Source: an uncultured Gammaproteobacteria bacterium
GTDB lineage: Bacteria; Pseudomonadota; Gammaproteobacteria; JAKDMP01
Length of the DNA stretch: 64,000 nt
NCBI GenBank assembly: GCA_963843735.1
Contig: CAWJLN010000001.1
Location: forward strand, 129,023-193,022
Direction: 5' to 3'
Positions 10,274-22,047 of this stretch are shown here, piece after piece; positions within the stretch are counted from its first letter, which is position 1; each line of letters starts with the position of its first letter. The position numbers and the translations under genes are program-made. The notes under the pieces were generated by a model. The model was not told where the DNA came from. It made no database searches and worked only from the letters and a program-made list of their open reading frames with translations.

Positions 10274-10382
10274 TAGAGCCTATCTCATAATCCCGCACGA
10301 GCCGCGTTGCCGGTCCCGCGCTTCACACCGCCGACGCAATCCGCCGCCGTCACGATCGTGGGGGATTATGAGATAGGCTCTA
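10274..10382. repeat. 109-bp MITE-like element: perfect 21-bp terminal inverted repeats (or 19 bp + TA/TA) around a 67-nt GC-rich core
   Basis: 10274..10294 TAGAGCCTATCTCATAATCCC is the exact reverse complement of 10362..10382. It lies in the rnd/mpl divergent intergenic region, 3 nt from the rnd ATG. Confidence 0.7.
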
Positions 10383-10407
10383 ACGGCTAAACGCAGGCGT
10401 TCGATTC

Positions 10408-11766
10408 ATGCACATCCACATACTCGGTATCGGCGGCACCTTCATGGCGGGCGTGGCGCTGCTCGCCCGCGAGCTCGGTCACGGGGTCAGCGGCAGCGAC
10501 GGGCCGCTCTATCCGCCGATGAGCGAGGTGCTCGCCGGCGCGGGGATTCATGTCTGCGAAGGCTACAAAGCGGAGCATCTCGCGCCCGCGCCCGATCTCG
10601 TGGTGATCGGCAACATCATTTCGCGCGGCAATCCGGCGGCGGAATATGTGCTCGATCGCGGCCTGCCTTACGTTTCCGGCCCCGCCTTCGTTGCCGAAGA
10701 GATTCTCGCCGGGCGGCGCGTGATCGCCGTTGCCGGCACCCACGGCAAGACCACGACCACCAGCCTCATCGCCTGGCTGCTCGATGCGACGGGGCGCAAG
10801 CCGGGGTTTCTCGTCGGCGGGCTGCCCGAGAATTTTCCCGCCCCGGTGCGGCTCGGTGCAGGCGAATGCTTCGTGATCGAGGCCGACGAATACGAGACGG
10901 CCTTCTTCGATCGGCGGCCCAAGTTCATCCACTATCGTCCGCAGATTCAGGTGCTCACCAACCTCGAATACGACCACGCCGACATCTATCCCGACCTTGC
11001 CGCAATCGAGCGTCAATTCCACTATCTTCTGTGCACTGTGCCCGGCCGCGGACGGATCGTTGCCAACGGCGGCGATGCCGCGCTCGCGCGGGTGATTGCG
11101 GCAGGTTGCTGGACGCCGATTGAATATTTTGGTGCGGGGCCGAAGGCCGACCTCGCGGGACAGTTGATGGCGTCGAATCGCTTCGAGCTATGGGCGGACG
11201 GCGAGCCGTTGACCGCGGTCGAGTGGGGCATGCACGGCACGCACAACATGGAAAACGCGCTGGCCGCGTTGGCCGCGGTGCGAGCCGCGGGCGTGCCACT
11301 CAACGAGGCGATCGAAGCGCTCGCCGGGTTTCGCGGCGTGCGGCGGCGATTGAGTCTCCTCGCTGACGCAAACGACATCCACCTGTATGATGATTTTGCC
11401 CATCATCCGACCGCGATCGCACGCACCCTGCAGGGATTGGTACGGCCGGGACGACGTCTGCTCGCAGTAGTCGAGCCGCGTTCCAATACTATGCGCCGCG
11501 GTGTTCACGCCGCCGAGCTGGCCGTGGCGCTAGGCGCCGCTGATCGCGTCTTCGTTCTGCACCGCGCGGACCTGGCCTGGAATCCCGCGACCGTGCTCGC
11601 GGCTCTCGGCGAAAGGCTGACCGTGGAAAGCGAGGTGTCGGCGCTTGCCGCGCGCGTGCTGGCCGAGGCACGCGCAGGCGATGACGTGGTGCTCATGTCG
11701 AACGGCGACTTCGGCGGCTTGTCCGCACTTTTGAAAGCTGCTGTCGAGACGAAGAAAAGCACGTGA
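10408..11766 (+). CDS. mpl: UDP-N-acetylmuramate:L-alanyl-gamma-D-glutamyl-meso-diaminopimelate ligase
   Basis: MHIHILGIGGTFMAGVALLARELGHGVSGSD and GTHGKTTTTS (Mur ligase P-loop); 452 aa. Confidence 0.9.
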   Translation: MHIHILGIGGTFMAGVALLARELGHGVSGSDGPLYPPMSEVLAGAGIHVCEGYKAEHLAPAPDLVVIGNIISRGNPAAEYVLDRGLPYVSGPAFVAEEILAGRRVIAVAGTHGKTTTTSLIAWLLDATGRKPGFLVGGLPENFPAPVRLGAGECFVIEADEYETAFFDRRPKFIHYRPQIQVLTNLEYDHADIYPDLAAIERQFHYLLCTVPGRGRIVANGGDAALARVIAAGCWTPIEYFGAGPKADLAGQLMASNRFELWADGEPLTAVEWGMHGTHNMENALAALAAVRAAGVPLNEAIEALAGFRGVRRRLSLLADANDIHLYDDFAHHPTAIARTLQGLVRPGRRLLAVVEPRSNTMRRGVHAAELAVALGAADRVFVLHRADLAWNPATVLAALGERLTVESEVSALAARVLAEARAGDDVVLMSNGDFGGLSALLKAAVETKKST

Positions 11767-11852
11767 AGCGCGGTGAATCGCACGCCTCCGTCTGAATCGG
11801 TGCGAGTTCGGACGCAAGACCGACGGGCGGCCCAGCATGCAGAATAGCGACT

Positions 11853-14540
11853 GTGAGTACGCATAATCTGAAATCCTTCCTCGATCCGGCGTCAGTCGCG
11901 CTCGTGGGCGCGAGCCGGCGGCCGGGATCGGTCGGTGGGGTCGCTTCGCGGAATTTGGAACTCTTTCCCGGCCGCGTGTTCCGCGTCAACCGCCACCTCG
12001 AACCCGATGCGGTCGCCGGCATTTATCCGGCAGTCTCCATGCTGCCGGAGGCGCCGGAACTTGCGATCGTCGCCGTCCCGGCGGCCGGCGTGCCCGCCGT
12101 TATCGAGGATCTCGTGCGGTTGGGTACGAAGGCGGCCGTCGTACTATCGGCGGGCTTCGCCGAGACCTCTGCCGGCGCGCAGGGCAAGATCCTGGAAGCG
12201 GAGATGCTTTCGGCCGCGCGCCGCAGCGGAATGAGGATTCTGGGACCGAACTGCCTCGGCATGCTGGCGCCCCGCGCCCGCCTAAACGCCGGTTTCGCGC
12301 AGTGCCTCCCGAAGGCGGGGCCGATCGCCTTCCTCTCCCAGTCCGGCGCGTTGCTCACGACCGTGATTGACTGGTCGGCCGAGCGCAGCATCGGCTACTC
12401 CGCCCTCGTGTCGCTCGGCGACATGAGTGAGGTGGACGTCGCCGACTGGCTCGACTATCTCGCGGACGATCCGCACACCGGCGCGATTCTGCTGTATCTG
12501 GAAAGCATCCGCGAGGCGCGCAAGTTCATGTCCGCAGCACGTCTGGCGGCACGGCTCAAGCCGTTGATCGTACTCAAGGCCGGCCGCGCGTTTGCCGGCG
12601 CACGCGCCGCCGCGTCGCATACTGGTGCGCTCGCGGGGCGCGACGAGGTGTTCGACGCTGCACTGCACCGGGCGGGCGCCCTGCGCGTGCCGACGCTGAT
12701 GCAGATGCTCGAGGCGGCGGAAACGCTGGCGCATGGAATCCATCTCGAAGGCGATCGTCTTGCGCTTCTGACCAACGGCGGGGGGCTTGGCGTACTTGCC
12801 GCCGACCAACTCTCGGCGAGCAGGGGAACGCTGGCGCCGTTGAGCGAGGCGACGGTCGCAAAACTCGACGAGTTCCTGCCCCCGGGTTGGTCGCACGGCA
12901 ATCCCGTGGACTTGCTCGGCGACGCGGATGCCGAGCGCTACCGAGCAGCGCTGGAGATTCTGCTCGAAGCGCCGGAAGCGGATGCCGTGGCGGTGATGAA
13001 CTGCCCGACCGGTCTCGCCGATTCCGCGACAGCCGCGCAGGGAGTGCTTACCGCCGCTGCGTGCAATCGGCGTCGCAAACCGATCCTCGCGGCGTGGCTG
13101 GGCCCGACGGCGGGCCGCGAGGCCGCGGAGCGCCTGGAAGCGGCGGGTATTCCGAATTTCCAGACCCCCGAGGCGCTGGTGCGCGGGTTCATGCAGCTTG
13201 CCGAGCGTCGCCGCCAGCTCGAATTCCTGAGCCGTACCGTACCGGCATTCCCGCTGCGCGGCGCACCCGATCGGGGGCGCGTGCGCGAACTCGTTGATGC
13301 GGCACTGGGCAAAGGGGAAACCTGGCTCGACGAAGCCGCCGCCAAGGAGCTGCTCGGTGCTGCCGGATTGCCGGTGAACGCCACCCGCCGTGCGCGGACT
13401 CCGAAGGAAGCGCGGGCCGCCGCCGCGCAGATCGAGCCGCCGTACGCCGTGAAGATTCTATCGCCGGATCTGCTGCACAAAAGCGACGTCGGCGGCGTCG
13501 CTCTCAACGTGGAAAGTCCGGAGGAGGTCGGGCGCGTCGCCGAGCGTATGATTGCGCGCCTGCACGAGCGCTACCCCGAGGCACGTCTTGCCGGGGTTTC
13601 GGTACAGCACATGGTTGAGCGTGGCGAGGGCAGCGAGCTCATTGCCGGTCTCACGCTCGATCCGGTCTTCGGTCCCGTCATCCTGTTCGGCGCTGGTGGC
13701 GTCGCCGTCGAGGCGATCGACGACACAGCGCTCACCCTGCCGCCGCTCGATGTGAACCTCGCGCGCGAACTCGTCACCCACACACGCATCCACCGCGTGC
13801 TTGAGGGCGCGAAGGGGCGGCTGCAGCCGGCGGACCTCGATGCTCTGTATGCCGTCCTCATTCGCCTGAGCGAGTTGATCTGCGAGTTTCCCGAGATCAC
13901 CGATCTCGATCTGAACCCGCTGCTCGCAACCCCGCGCGGCGTCACGATTCTCGACGCGCGCATCAAGCTACAACCGGCAACCGGCGCCGCCATCGCCCGG
14001 CTCGCGATCGTGCCGTACCCGCGCGAGCTGGAAGTGCCCTTCGAGCTGCCGGACGGCACGCGCTGCGTGCTGCGTCCGATCCGCGCCGAAGACGAGTCGT
14101 CCATGCGCCGGGCCTTCGAGCGGCTCTCGCCGCGCAGCCGCTACTTTCGCCTCGGCGACTCACGCGCTGTTCTGCCGCACGACATGGCGGCGCGAGCCAC
14201 GCAGATCGACTACGACCGAGAGATGGCCTTTGTTATCGCCGAGGACAAACCTTCCGGCGAGGCCTCGCTGTTTGGCGGCGTCAGGCTCGTCTGCGACGCC
14301 AATCGCGAGCGCGGGGAGTTCGCCATTACCGTACTCGACGAATACGCCGGCAAAGGCATCGGCCGCCGCCTCATGCAGCGGCTGATTGAGTATGGGCGCA
14401 CTATCGGCGTGCGCGAAATCTACGGCTACGTCATGCGCGTCAACGCGCCGATGCTCGCGCTTTGCAACGAGTTCGGCTTCGTGATCGAGCCTTGCTCCGA
14501 CGATCCCACCCTCGTCGAGGCTTGCATCAAGCTCTCCTAA
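11853..14540 (+). CDS. acyl-CoA synthetase (NDP-forming)-like / GNAT protein acetyltransferase (Pat/PatZ family)
   Basis: 895 aa. N-terminal CoA-binding start (LDPASVALVGAS), ATP-grasp-like middle, and a C-terminal GNAT region (RPIRAEDESSMRRAFERLSPRSRYFR...GKGIGRRLM). GTG start. Confidence 0.8.
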   Translation: MSTHNLKSFLDPASVALVGASRRPGSVGGVASRNLELFPGRVFRVNRHLEPDAVAGIYPAVSMLPEAPELAIVAVPAAGVPAVIEDLVRLGTKAAVVLSAGFAETSAGAQGKILEAEMLSAARRSGMRILGPNCLGMLAPRARLNAGFAQCLPKAGPIAFLSQSGALLTTVIDWSAERSIGYSALVSLGDMSEVDVADWLDYLADDPHTGAILLYLESIREARKFMSAARLAARLKPLIVLKAGRAFAGARAAASHTGALAGRDEVFDAALHRAGALRVPTLMQMLEAAETLAHGIHLEGDRLALLTNGGGLGVLAADQLSASRGTLAPLSEATVAKLDEFLPPGWSHGNPVDLLGDADAERYRAALEILLEAPEADAVAVMNCPTGLADSATAAQGVLTAAACNRRRKPILAAWLGPTAGREAAERLEAAGIPNFQTPEALVRGFMQLAERRRQLEFLSRTVPAFPLRGAPDRGRVRELVDAALGKGETWLDEAAAKELLGAAGLPVNATRRARTPKEARAAAAQIEPPYAVKILSPDLLHKSDVGGVALNVESPEEVGRVAERMIARLHERYPEARLAGVSVQHMVERGEGSELIAGLTLDPVFGPVILFGAGGVAVEAIDDTALTLPPLDVNLARELVTHTRIHRVLEGAKGRLQPADLDALYAVLIRLSELICEFPEITDLDLNPLLATPRGVTILDARIKLQPATGAAIARLAIVPYPRELEVPFELPDGTRCVLRPIRAEDESSMRRAFERLSPRSRYFRLGDSRAVLPHDMAARATQIDYDREMAFVIAEDKPSGEASLFGGVRLVCDANRERGEFAITVLDEYAGKGIGRRLMQRLIEYGRTIGVREIYGYVMRVNAPMLALCNEFGFVIEPCSDDPTLVEACIKLS

Positions 14541-14563
14541 ACATCAACTTTCGGCCAGCCCCA

Positions 14564-14950
14564 TCATTTGATGTCAGTTCTCCATGGATGGTCTGAGCAA
14601 TCCTCGAGTGCCTCATTGTATGAACGGTGTAGCTTCCCGGTGCCCATCTTTGCGCACTTTCGTTCGTCAACTGCTTCGGCGATGTGTTCCGGGCACAAGA
14701 CAATCTCTACGATCACAGGTCTCTTGCCTATATCCGCAACCGTCGCTCCCCCAACCATTGAAAGAATCACCTGATTGAACTCCTTAATAGAGTCGTCGCG
14801 AAATCTTGAGCGAAGTGCCGGATCTACATAGACAGCCAAGTAGCGTTTCGTGCGCCGCGAGATGCCTTTCTTTTCCGCCACGACTCGGCAATGTCTTGGC
14901 CGCAAATCGGCCCCAAAATCGTGAGATGTGAGGAAGAATTTCTTACGCAA
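14564..14950 (-). CDS. hypothetical protein (128 aa), lower GC than flanks
   Basis: ORF only, with no recognisable motif. It sits between patZ-like and the IS-disrupted gene. Confidence 0.3.
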   Translation of the reverse strand: MRKKFFLTSHDFGADLRPRHCRVVAEKKGISRRTKRYLAVYVDPALRSRFRDDSIKEFNQVILSMVGGATVADIGKRPVIVEIVLCPEHIAEAVDERKCAKMGTGKLHRSYNEALEDCSDHPWRTDIK

Positions 14951-15355
14951 AACAGCTCGGCTCAGCTATCCATCCCTTCAGTGCAAACCCCTTCTTCGCC
15001 CGGGCGCCAGAGTAGGTCCATGGTCCGATACTTAAGACCGTGGGAATGTTCACTTTAGGTCGTCTGCGATGCCCGAGGAGGGCTGAAAATTGTTGTTTGG
15101 AGGGAGAAGGAATATTCAGATCAGGGTTGCCTGATGCCCTCGCCTTCATCAACGGTGATCCAATGCTTGCCATCACGGGAAATTTCGATCTTCACGCCGA
15201 CACGGGTGGGTGACGTGAAAACATAGACGATGCGTTCCTTGATCCTCTTGCCGTTGTTTTCGTCGCCGCCATATTCGGTCCAGGTATTCCCGTCTATGGT
15301 CATACGCGAGACGAACGGATGTTTGCCACTGGCGCCGGCGGCGAAGAATTCGTAG

Positions 15356-16538
15356 GGAAACTCTGATTAATTCCTCTGATTTGAGATAATACGCTTTGTT
15401 ATCCATTCACGTCCCCCGGAGATTGAACCGATGCGCCAGGAGAGTTTTGCCGAAGCCGGCTTTGAGAAGTATCGCAAAGTGACGCGGCGCGAGCGGTTTT
15501 TGGCCGAGATGGAGCGAGTGATTCCATGGGCGGAGCTGGCGGCGGTGATTGAGCCGTACTATCCGAAGCCCGAAGGGGCGGGCCGCCGCCCCATAGGTAT
15601 CGAGCGGATGTTGCGCATCCACTTTCTGCAGCACTGGTTCAACCTCTCGGACCCGGCGGTAGAAGAGGCACTGTATGAGTCGCGCTCCATGCGCACCTTT
15701 GCGGGCATAGACCTCGGGCGCGAGCCGGCGCCCGACGAGACCACGGTGCTCAAGTTTCGCCATCTGCTCGAGGCGCACGATTTGGGCGCGAGCCTGTTTG
15801 CGCTCATCAACGAGTACCTGGAAGCACAGGGTCTCACGGTGGGCGCCGGCACGATCGTGGATGCGACGATTATCAACGCCCCGAGTTCGACCAAGAACCG
15901 GGAGAGGAAGCGCGACCCCGAGATGCACCAGACCAGGAAGGGCAATCAGTGGTACTTCGGCATGAAGGCCCACATCGGGGTGGACAGCCGCACGAAGCTG
16001 ATCCACTCGGTGGCGGCGACGGCGGCGAACGTGCATGACAGTCAGCTCATGAGCGATCTGCTGCACGGCGAGGAGACCCGGGTGTGGGGCGATTCGGCCT
16101 ACGCGGGCCAGCGCGAGCAGATACGCGAACACGCGCCGCGAGCGAGCGACTTCACGAACCAGAAGGGGCGGCGCAACCATCCGCTCGACGAGGCCGAGCG
16201 CGATAAGAATCGCACCAAGTCCAAGGTGCGGGCGCGGGTCGAGCATCCGTTCCTCGTGGTCAAGTGCATTTTTGGCTTTCGCAAGGTCTGCTACCGCGGG
16301 CTGGATAAGAACGCCAATCGGCTCTTTATGGTCTGTGGCTTGACCAATTTGTATCTCGCGCGCCGACAATTGTTGGGCGTCACGTAGGCGAGGTGCGCCC
16401 GCGGTGCGCCGCGGAGACCCTAAAATGGCATCCACAGCGCCAAAAGTGACACAATCCATCGGTTTTCGGAGAGGCTTTGAGTCATGCAACAGAACCGCTC
16501 CCATTTTTTACTGTCAGCGTGAATTAATCAGAGTTTCC
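15356..16538 (+). mobile_element. IS5-family insertion sequence, 1183 bp
   Basis: Perfect 18-bp terminal inverted repeats GGAAACTCTGATTAATTC (15356..15373 and the reverse complement of 16521..16538). Flanking 4-bp direct repeats GTAG at 15352..15355 and 16539..16542. Single transposase ORF. Confidence 0.9.
15431..16387 (+). CDS. IS5-family (IS4/IS5 DDE) transposase
   Basis: The 318-aa ORF has the typical IS5 N-terminus (FLAEMERVIPWAELAAVIEPYYPK) and DDE-region strings (IVDATIINAPSSTKN, GDSAYAG, VEHPF). Confidence 0.9.
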   Translation: MRQESFAEAGFEKYRKVTRRERFLAEMERVIPWAELAAVIEPYYPKPEGAGRRPIGIERMLRIHFLQHWFNLSDPAVEEALYESRSMRTFAGIDLGREPAPDETTVLKFRHLLEAHDLGASLFALINEYLEAQGLTVGAGTIVDATIINAPSSTKNRERKRDPEMHQTRKGNQWYFGMKAHIGVDSRTKLIHSVAATAANVHDSQLMSDLLHGEETRVWGDSAYAGQREQIREHAPRASDFTNQKGRRNHPLDEAERDKNRTKSKVRARVEHPFLVVKCIFGFRKVCYRGLDKNANRLFMVCGLTNLYLARRQLLGVT

Positions 16539-17002
16539 GTAGTGCCAGTAGCTCTTGTCCTCGCCGTTCCAGGTGTCCACGACCAGCGATTTGACGGCCT
16601 TGCCGGACCATTCATTGTCGAAACTGCATTCGAGAAAAAGGCGGTTTTCGGACCAACGGCAGTTCTCGTTCCACGTCCACGATCCCGCTTTGCTGAACGG
16701 TGTATCCAGACTCTTGCCGTGAAATACCCACCGGCCGACGGAGATATCCAGTTTCTGGAGCTCGGGCGAGAGCGGCCGGTTGTTGCCGGCCAGGGCTGAG
16801 GCTGTCGAGGCAGCCAATAACAGAAAAAGCGCGCGGTGCTTCATATCGGTTCCTTCGATGCCGACGATGGGCGTATTCAAACGACAACAAGGATAGCGCA
16901 CCGGTGGCGTAAGCGCCGTGTTTCGGGCGAGGCTCGATGAGCCACGCAAAGAAAAGGCCGCACCGGTTGGTGCGGCCTTTCTTGTGCCGTGCGCGGCGTC
17001 GG

Positions 17003-18424
<1,422 letters not shown>

Positions 18425-18439
18425 AACGTTCTCCATATT

Positions 18440-18520
18440 CGGGTGAGCGCCGTTGACAAAACGTTCCGCAAGGCAAGCCTGGCAGGGATTGATGATCCCT
18501 CGTCGCAGCGCTCCTTGCCC
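18440..18520 (-). promoter_or_regulatory. SAH riboswitch in the ahcY 5' leader
   Basis: The minus strand reads GCAAGGAGCGCTGCGAC-GAGGGATCATCAATCCCTG-CCAGGCTTGC...AACGGCGCTCACCC. This matches the remembered SAH riboswitch core: GGAGCGCUGCGAC, a P1 closure (GCAAG/CTTGC), and the AACGGCGCUCA pseudoknot partner of GAGCGC. Confidence 0.75.
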
Positions 18521-18533
18521 GCGGATCTAAAAC

Positions 18534-19715
18534 CTAACCGGCGGCAGCGGCCTGTTTGACGCCGGCGTCGTCGGCGAGCGTCTCTGCCTTGTCGGTACGT
18601 TCCCAGCTGAATTCGGGTTCTTCGCGCCCGAAGTGTCCGTAGGCCGCCGTCTTGCGGTAGATCGGGCGCACGAGATCGAGCATGCGGATGATGCCCCAGG
18701 GACGCAGGTCGAAATGTTTGCGTACGAGCGCTTCGATGCGTTCGTCAGCAATCGCGCCGGTGCCGAAGGTGTCCACCGAGATCGAGGTCGGCTCGGCGAC
18801 GCCGATCGCGTAGGAAATCTGGATTTCGCATTTTTCCGCGAGACCCGCGGCGACCAGGTTTTTTGCGACGTAGCGCGCGGCATAGGCAGCCGAACGGTCC
18901 ACCTTGGACGGATCCTTGCCGGAGAAGGCGCCGCCGCCGTGGCGCGCCATGCCGCCGTAGGTGTCCACGATGATCTTGCGTCCGGTGAGCCCGCAGTCGC
19001 CGACCGGCCCGCCGATCACGAAGCGTCCGGTGGGGTTGATCAAAAAGCGCGTGTCCTTGCCGATCCATTCGCGCGGCAACACCGGCTTGATGATTTCCTC
19101 CATCACGCCTTCGCGGATGGTTTCGTTGGAGACGTCCTCGTCGTGCTGGGTGGAGAGCACGACCGTTTCGATGCCGGTCGGACGCCCGTCCTTGTAGCGG
19201 AACGTGACCTGACTCTTGGCGTCGGGGCGCAACCAGTCGAGCGCACCCGAGCGGCGCACCTCGGCCTGGCGTTTGACCAGACGATGCGCGTAAGTGATCG
19301 GCGCCGGCATCAGCACCTCGGTTTCGTTCGAGGCGTAGCCGAACATCAATCCTTGATCGCCCGCTCCCTGGTGCTCGTTGAGCTCCCTGTCCACGCCCTG
19401 GGCGATGTCGCCGGACTGCTTGCCGATGATGGAGATTACGGCGCAGGTGTCTCCGTCGAAGCCGACTTCGGAACTGGTGTAGCCGATGCCGGAGATGACC
19501 TCGCGCACCAGCCGGTCGAGATCAATCCACGCCGAGGTGGTGATTTCGCCGCCGACGATGGCCGTGCCGGTCTTGATCATGGTCTCGCAGGCGACGCGTG
19601 CGCTGCGGTCCTCGGTGAGGATCGCGTCGAGTACGGCATCCGAAATCTGGTCGGCAACCTTGTCGGGATGCCCTTCGGAAACGGATTCCGAAGTAAAAAG
19701 ATAATTGTCGGCCAT
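18534..19715 (-). CDS. metK: S-adenosylmethionine synthetase
   Basis: Internal Met of ORF 18534..19829 gives [39 protein letters not shown] and GGGAFSGKD are present. Confidence 0.95.
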   Translation of the reverse strand: MADNYLFTSESVSEGHPDKVADQISDAVLDAILTEDRSARVACETMIKTGTAIVGGEITTSAWIDLDRLVREVISGIGYTSSEVGFDGDTCAVISIIGKQSGDIAQGVDRELNEHQGAGDQGLMFGYASNETEVLMPAPITYAHRLVKRQAEVRRSGALDWLRPDAKSQVTFRYKDGRPTGIETVVLSTQHDEDVSNETIREGVMEEIIKPVLPREWIGKDTRFLINPTGRFVIGGPVGDCGLTGRKIIVDTYGGMARHGGGAFSGKDPSKVDRSAAYAARYVAKNLVAAGLAEKCEIQISYAIGVAEPTSISVDTFGTGAIADERIEALVRKHFDLRPWGIIRMLDLVRPIYRKTAAYGHFGREEPEFSWERTDKAETLADDAGVKQAAAAG

Positions 19716-19791
19716 CAGCCGGCTCTCCACGGGGAAGGCTTTGAGGCATCGAATTTTATCATTGTTGCGGGCCGGGCGCGAAGGCGACGCT

Positions 19792-21507
19792 TCAATCCTT
19801 ATCCTCGTCATCGCCCGAGGAGAGCGCATCGCCCAACTTGCTCCAGCGCTTACCGGTGAAGGTCATCACCTTCACCTGATCCTTGTCGTCGCCGTCCCGA
19901 TAGGAGAGGAAAAGCCTGTTCTTGTAAGCAATCGCGAAGGAGATGCCCTCGGCCTCGCCCCTGGAGAATCCGGCGTGGCCCACAAACTGCCATTGCTTGC
20001 CGCCAAACTTGCGCACGCTGGCGCCTTGGTGCACTTCGTCCTGATAGGCCATGTAGGGTGTGCCGTCGGGGGCGACGGCGATGACGTTGAATTCCGCTTC
20101 GCCGGTCGTGAACCAGTTGGCACCTACGTATGCCCATTGCCGACGGTTGAATTTCTTCACGGAACTGGGGTGGTCGGGACCGCCGTCTTCATAGGCGACG
20201 TAAGGCATGCCGTCGGGCGCGACGGCGAGCGCGACGAACCTGACGGCGCCGGCGGAAAATCCGCGGTTGCCCACCGCGTACCATTGCTTGCCGTCGAAGC
20301 TTTCGGCGCTGGCGCCCGCGTGAACGTCTTTGTGATCCCGGTAGGCGACATAGGGCATGCCGTCGGGCGCGATGGCGAGGGAAACATACGTCGCCCGGCC
20401 CGGCGAAAATCCCGGCTTGCCCAGCGTGACCCACTGGCCGTCCTTGAACTGCCTGACGGTGACGCCGCCCCGGCCCGCCGGGCTGAAATCCTGATATGCC
20501 ACGTACAGGGTGCCGTCACGGCCGGCGGCGAGGGAAATGTATTCCGCTTCGCCGCCCGAGAATCCCGGCTTGCCCAGCGTCATCCATTTGCCCTGGTCGA
20601 ACTGCCTGACGGTGACGCCGCCCCGCCCTTCGGCGCTGAAGTCCGCATAGGCCACGCAGGGCACGCCATTGCCCGCGAGCGCGAGCGACACATAGAAAGC
20701 CTCGCCCAATGATGCCGCCTCGTCGCCCACAAGACCCCAATGCCTGCGGTCGAATTTCTTGACGTGGATTTTTCCGCCGTCATCTTCTTCACGATAGGCC
20801 ACATAGGGTGTGTTTGATGCGAGGGCGAGCGACGTGCCGTTCGCCTGTTCTTCCTTGAATTCGGGTTCGCTGCCGGCATGCCAGACATGTTCGGCGGTGA
20901 TTGTTGTCGAGTCGGCGGCGCCGCTGACCTTGACTTGCAGTTTGTAGATGCCACTCACGTCCGGGGTGAAACTGGCATCCGCGCTATCGTCGCCGCCGAT
21001 TGCGGCCTTGCTGTCATGGGGCCTGGAGACGAAACTCCAGCGGTAGGCTGGATTTATCGCGTTGGAAGCGGCGTGCAGTTCAACCGTCTGATTCCCGAAC
21101 ACCGTCCTGTCGGCGCCGGCGGTGACTCCCACGGTAGAGCTGATTTTTACCGTATCGCTGGCGGTACCGTGGCCGGTGTCCAGCGTTACCTTAAGGACAT
21201 AATCGCCGGGCACGTCCGGCGTGAAGCGGGCCGTGGCGCTGTTCGCGCCGGCGATGTCAGTCGTGGTGAGCCGGCTGGCATCGGGTTTGGATTCGAGCGT
21301 CCAGCGATAGCGTTGATTGTCCGCGTCCGAGGAGGCGAACAAGGTAGCTGTCCGGCTGCCTTGCACCGTCTGGTCCGCACCTGCGCTGACGCTCAGGTCG
21401 GGGGAAGAATGTGGGTTTTTATCAGCGCCGTCGCCACAGCCGCCAAGCCCGAGTGGCAGCATGAGTACGGCGAAGACAAGGCCGTAGCAGCGAGTACGAT
21501 CGAACAT
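19792..21507 (-). CDS. lipoprotein with two PKD/Ig-like repeats and a seven-repeat beta-propeller-like C-terminal domain
   Basis: Lipobox LGLGGC at residues ~19-24. Two repeats of the form AGADxTV...YRW...P..S...FTPDVxGxYxLxV. Seven tandem ~47-50-aa repeats with consensus A.Y.SLA....G.PYVAY.D......V.V..F.G..W..vG..GFS.G. Confidence 0.7.
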   Translation of the reverse strand: MFDRTRCYGLVFAVLMLPLGLGGCGDGADKNPHSSPDLSVSAGADQTVQGSRTATLFASSDADNQRYRWTLESKPDASRLTTTDIAGANSATARFTPDVPGDYVLKVTLDTGHGTASDTVKISSTVGVTAGADRTVFGNQTVELHAASNAINPAYRWSFVSRPHDSKAAIGGDDSADASFTPDVSGIYKLQVKVSGAADSTTITAEHVWHAGSEPEFKEEQANGTSLALASNTPYVAYREEDDGGKIHVKKFDRRHWGLVGDEAASLGEAFYVSLALAGNGVPCVAYADFSAEGRGGVTVRQFDQGKWMTLGKPGFSGGEAEYISLAAGRDGTLYVAYQDFSPAGRGGVTVRQFKDGQWVTLGKPGFSPGRATYVSLAIAPDGMPYVAYRDHKDVHAGASAESFDGKQWYAVGNRGFSAGAVRFVALAVAPDGMPYVAYEDGGPDHPSSVKKFNRRQWAYVGANWFTTGEAEFNVIAVAPDGTPYMAYQDEVHQGASVRKFGGKQWQFVGHAGFSRGEAEGISFAIAYKNRLFLSYRDGDDKDQVKVMTFTGKRWSKLGDALSSGDDEDKD

Positions 21508-21666
21508 GAGCGCCTTCCTTGATGCCCGGTTTTGAGCTTGTTCCGCAGACGATGAACTTTATCCCATGAGGTAATCGCGGGCAAGCGCCGGTTGCCGCGT
21601 AGCACGCGGCGCTTGAGAAAATCCGTCTCCGGCCTCAATATGTATGAGTTGCATCAGGACATTGTC

Positions 21667-22038
21667 ATGCCGATATACGAATACCGCTGCGATGCTTGCG
21701 GACACCGGTTCGAGCGCCTGCAGAAGATGTCCGATCCCGATCCGGCGCATTGCCCGCAGTGCGAAGCCGCGACCATTTCGCGCCTGATTTCGGCGGTCGG
21801 CTTCCGTCTCAAGGGCGGGGGCTGGTACGAGACCGACTTCAAGCAGGCCGGTCGGCGCAATGTGAGCGGCGACGGCGACGGCGCGCAGAAAAAGGACAAG
21901 CCGGGTGCGAACAAGGCTGCGGAGAAATCCGGGGACAAGCCCGCGGACAAGCCCGCAGCCAAATCCGAAACCAAGAGCGCCAAGGCCGGCAAGTCGGGCG
22001 CGGACAAGTCCGCGGGCGCCAAGGGCGATTCGGCGTAG
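21667..22038 (+). CDS. FmdB-family zinc-ribbon protein with K/A/G-rich tail
   Basis: MPIYEYRCDACGHRFERLQKMSDPDPAHCPQCEA (CxxC...CxxC), from the internal Met of ORF 21592..22038. Confidence 0.8.
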   Translation: MPIYEYRCDACGHRFERLQKMSDPDPAHCPQCEAATISRLISAVGFRLKGGGWYETDFKQAGRRNVSGDGDGAQKKDKPGANKAAEKSGDKPADKPAAKSETKSAKAGKSGADKSAGAKGDSA

Positions 22039-22047
22039 GCCGGGATC

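Larger units (their letters stand above)
15121..16844 (-). pseudogene. secreted small beta-barrel-type protein (DUF1579-like, tentative) disrupted by an IS5-family insertion
   Basis: The N-terminal part 16844..16539 (MKHRALFLLLAASTASALAG...SYWHY) and the C-terminal part 15351..15121 (EFFAAGASGKHPFVSRMTIDGNTW...GIRQP*) join in frame once the IS and one GTAG copy are removed. Confidence 0.8.

Noticed and set aside
19716-19791. Possible SAM riboswitch in the metK leader
   Set aside because: I could not recognise SAM-I, SAM-II, SAM-V or SAM/SAH core motifs in the 76-nt gap. It needs cmsearch before any claim.
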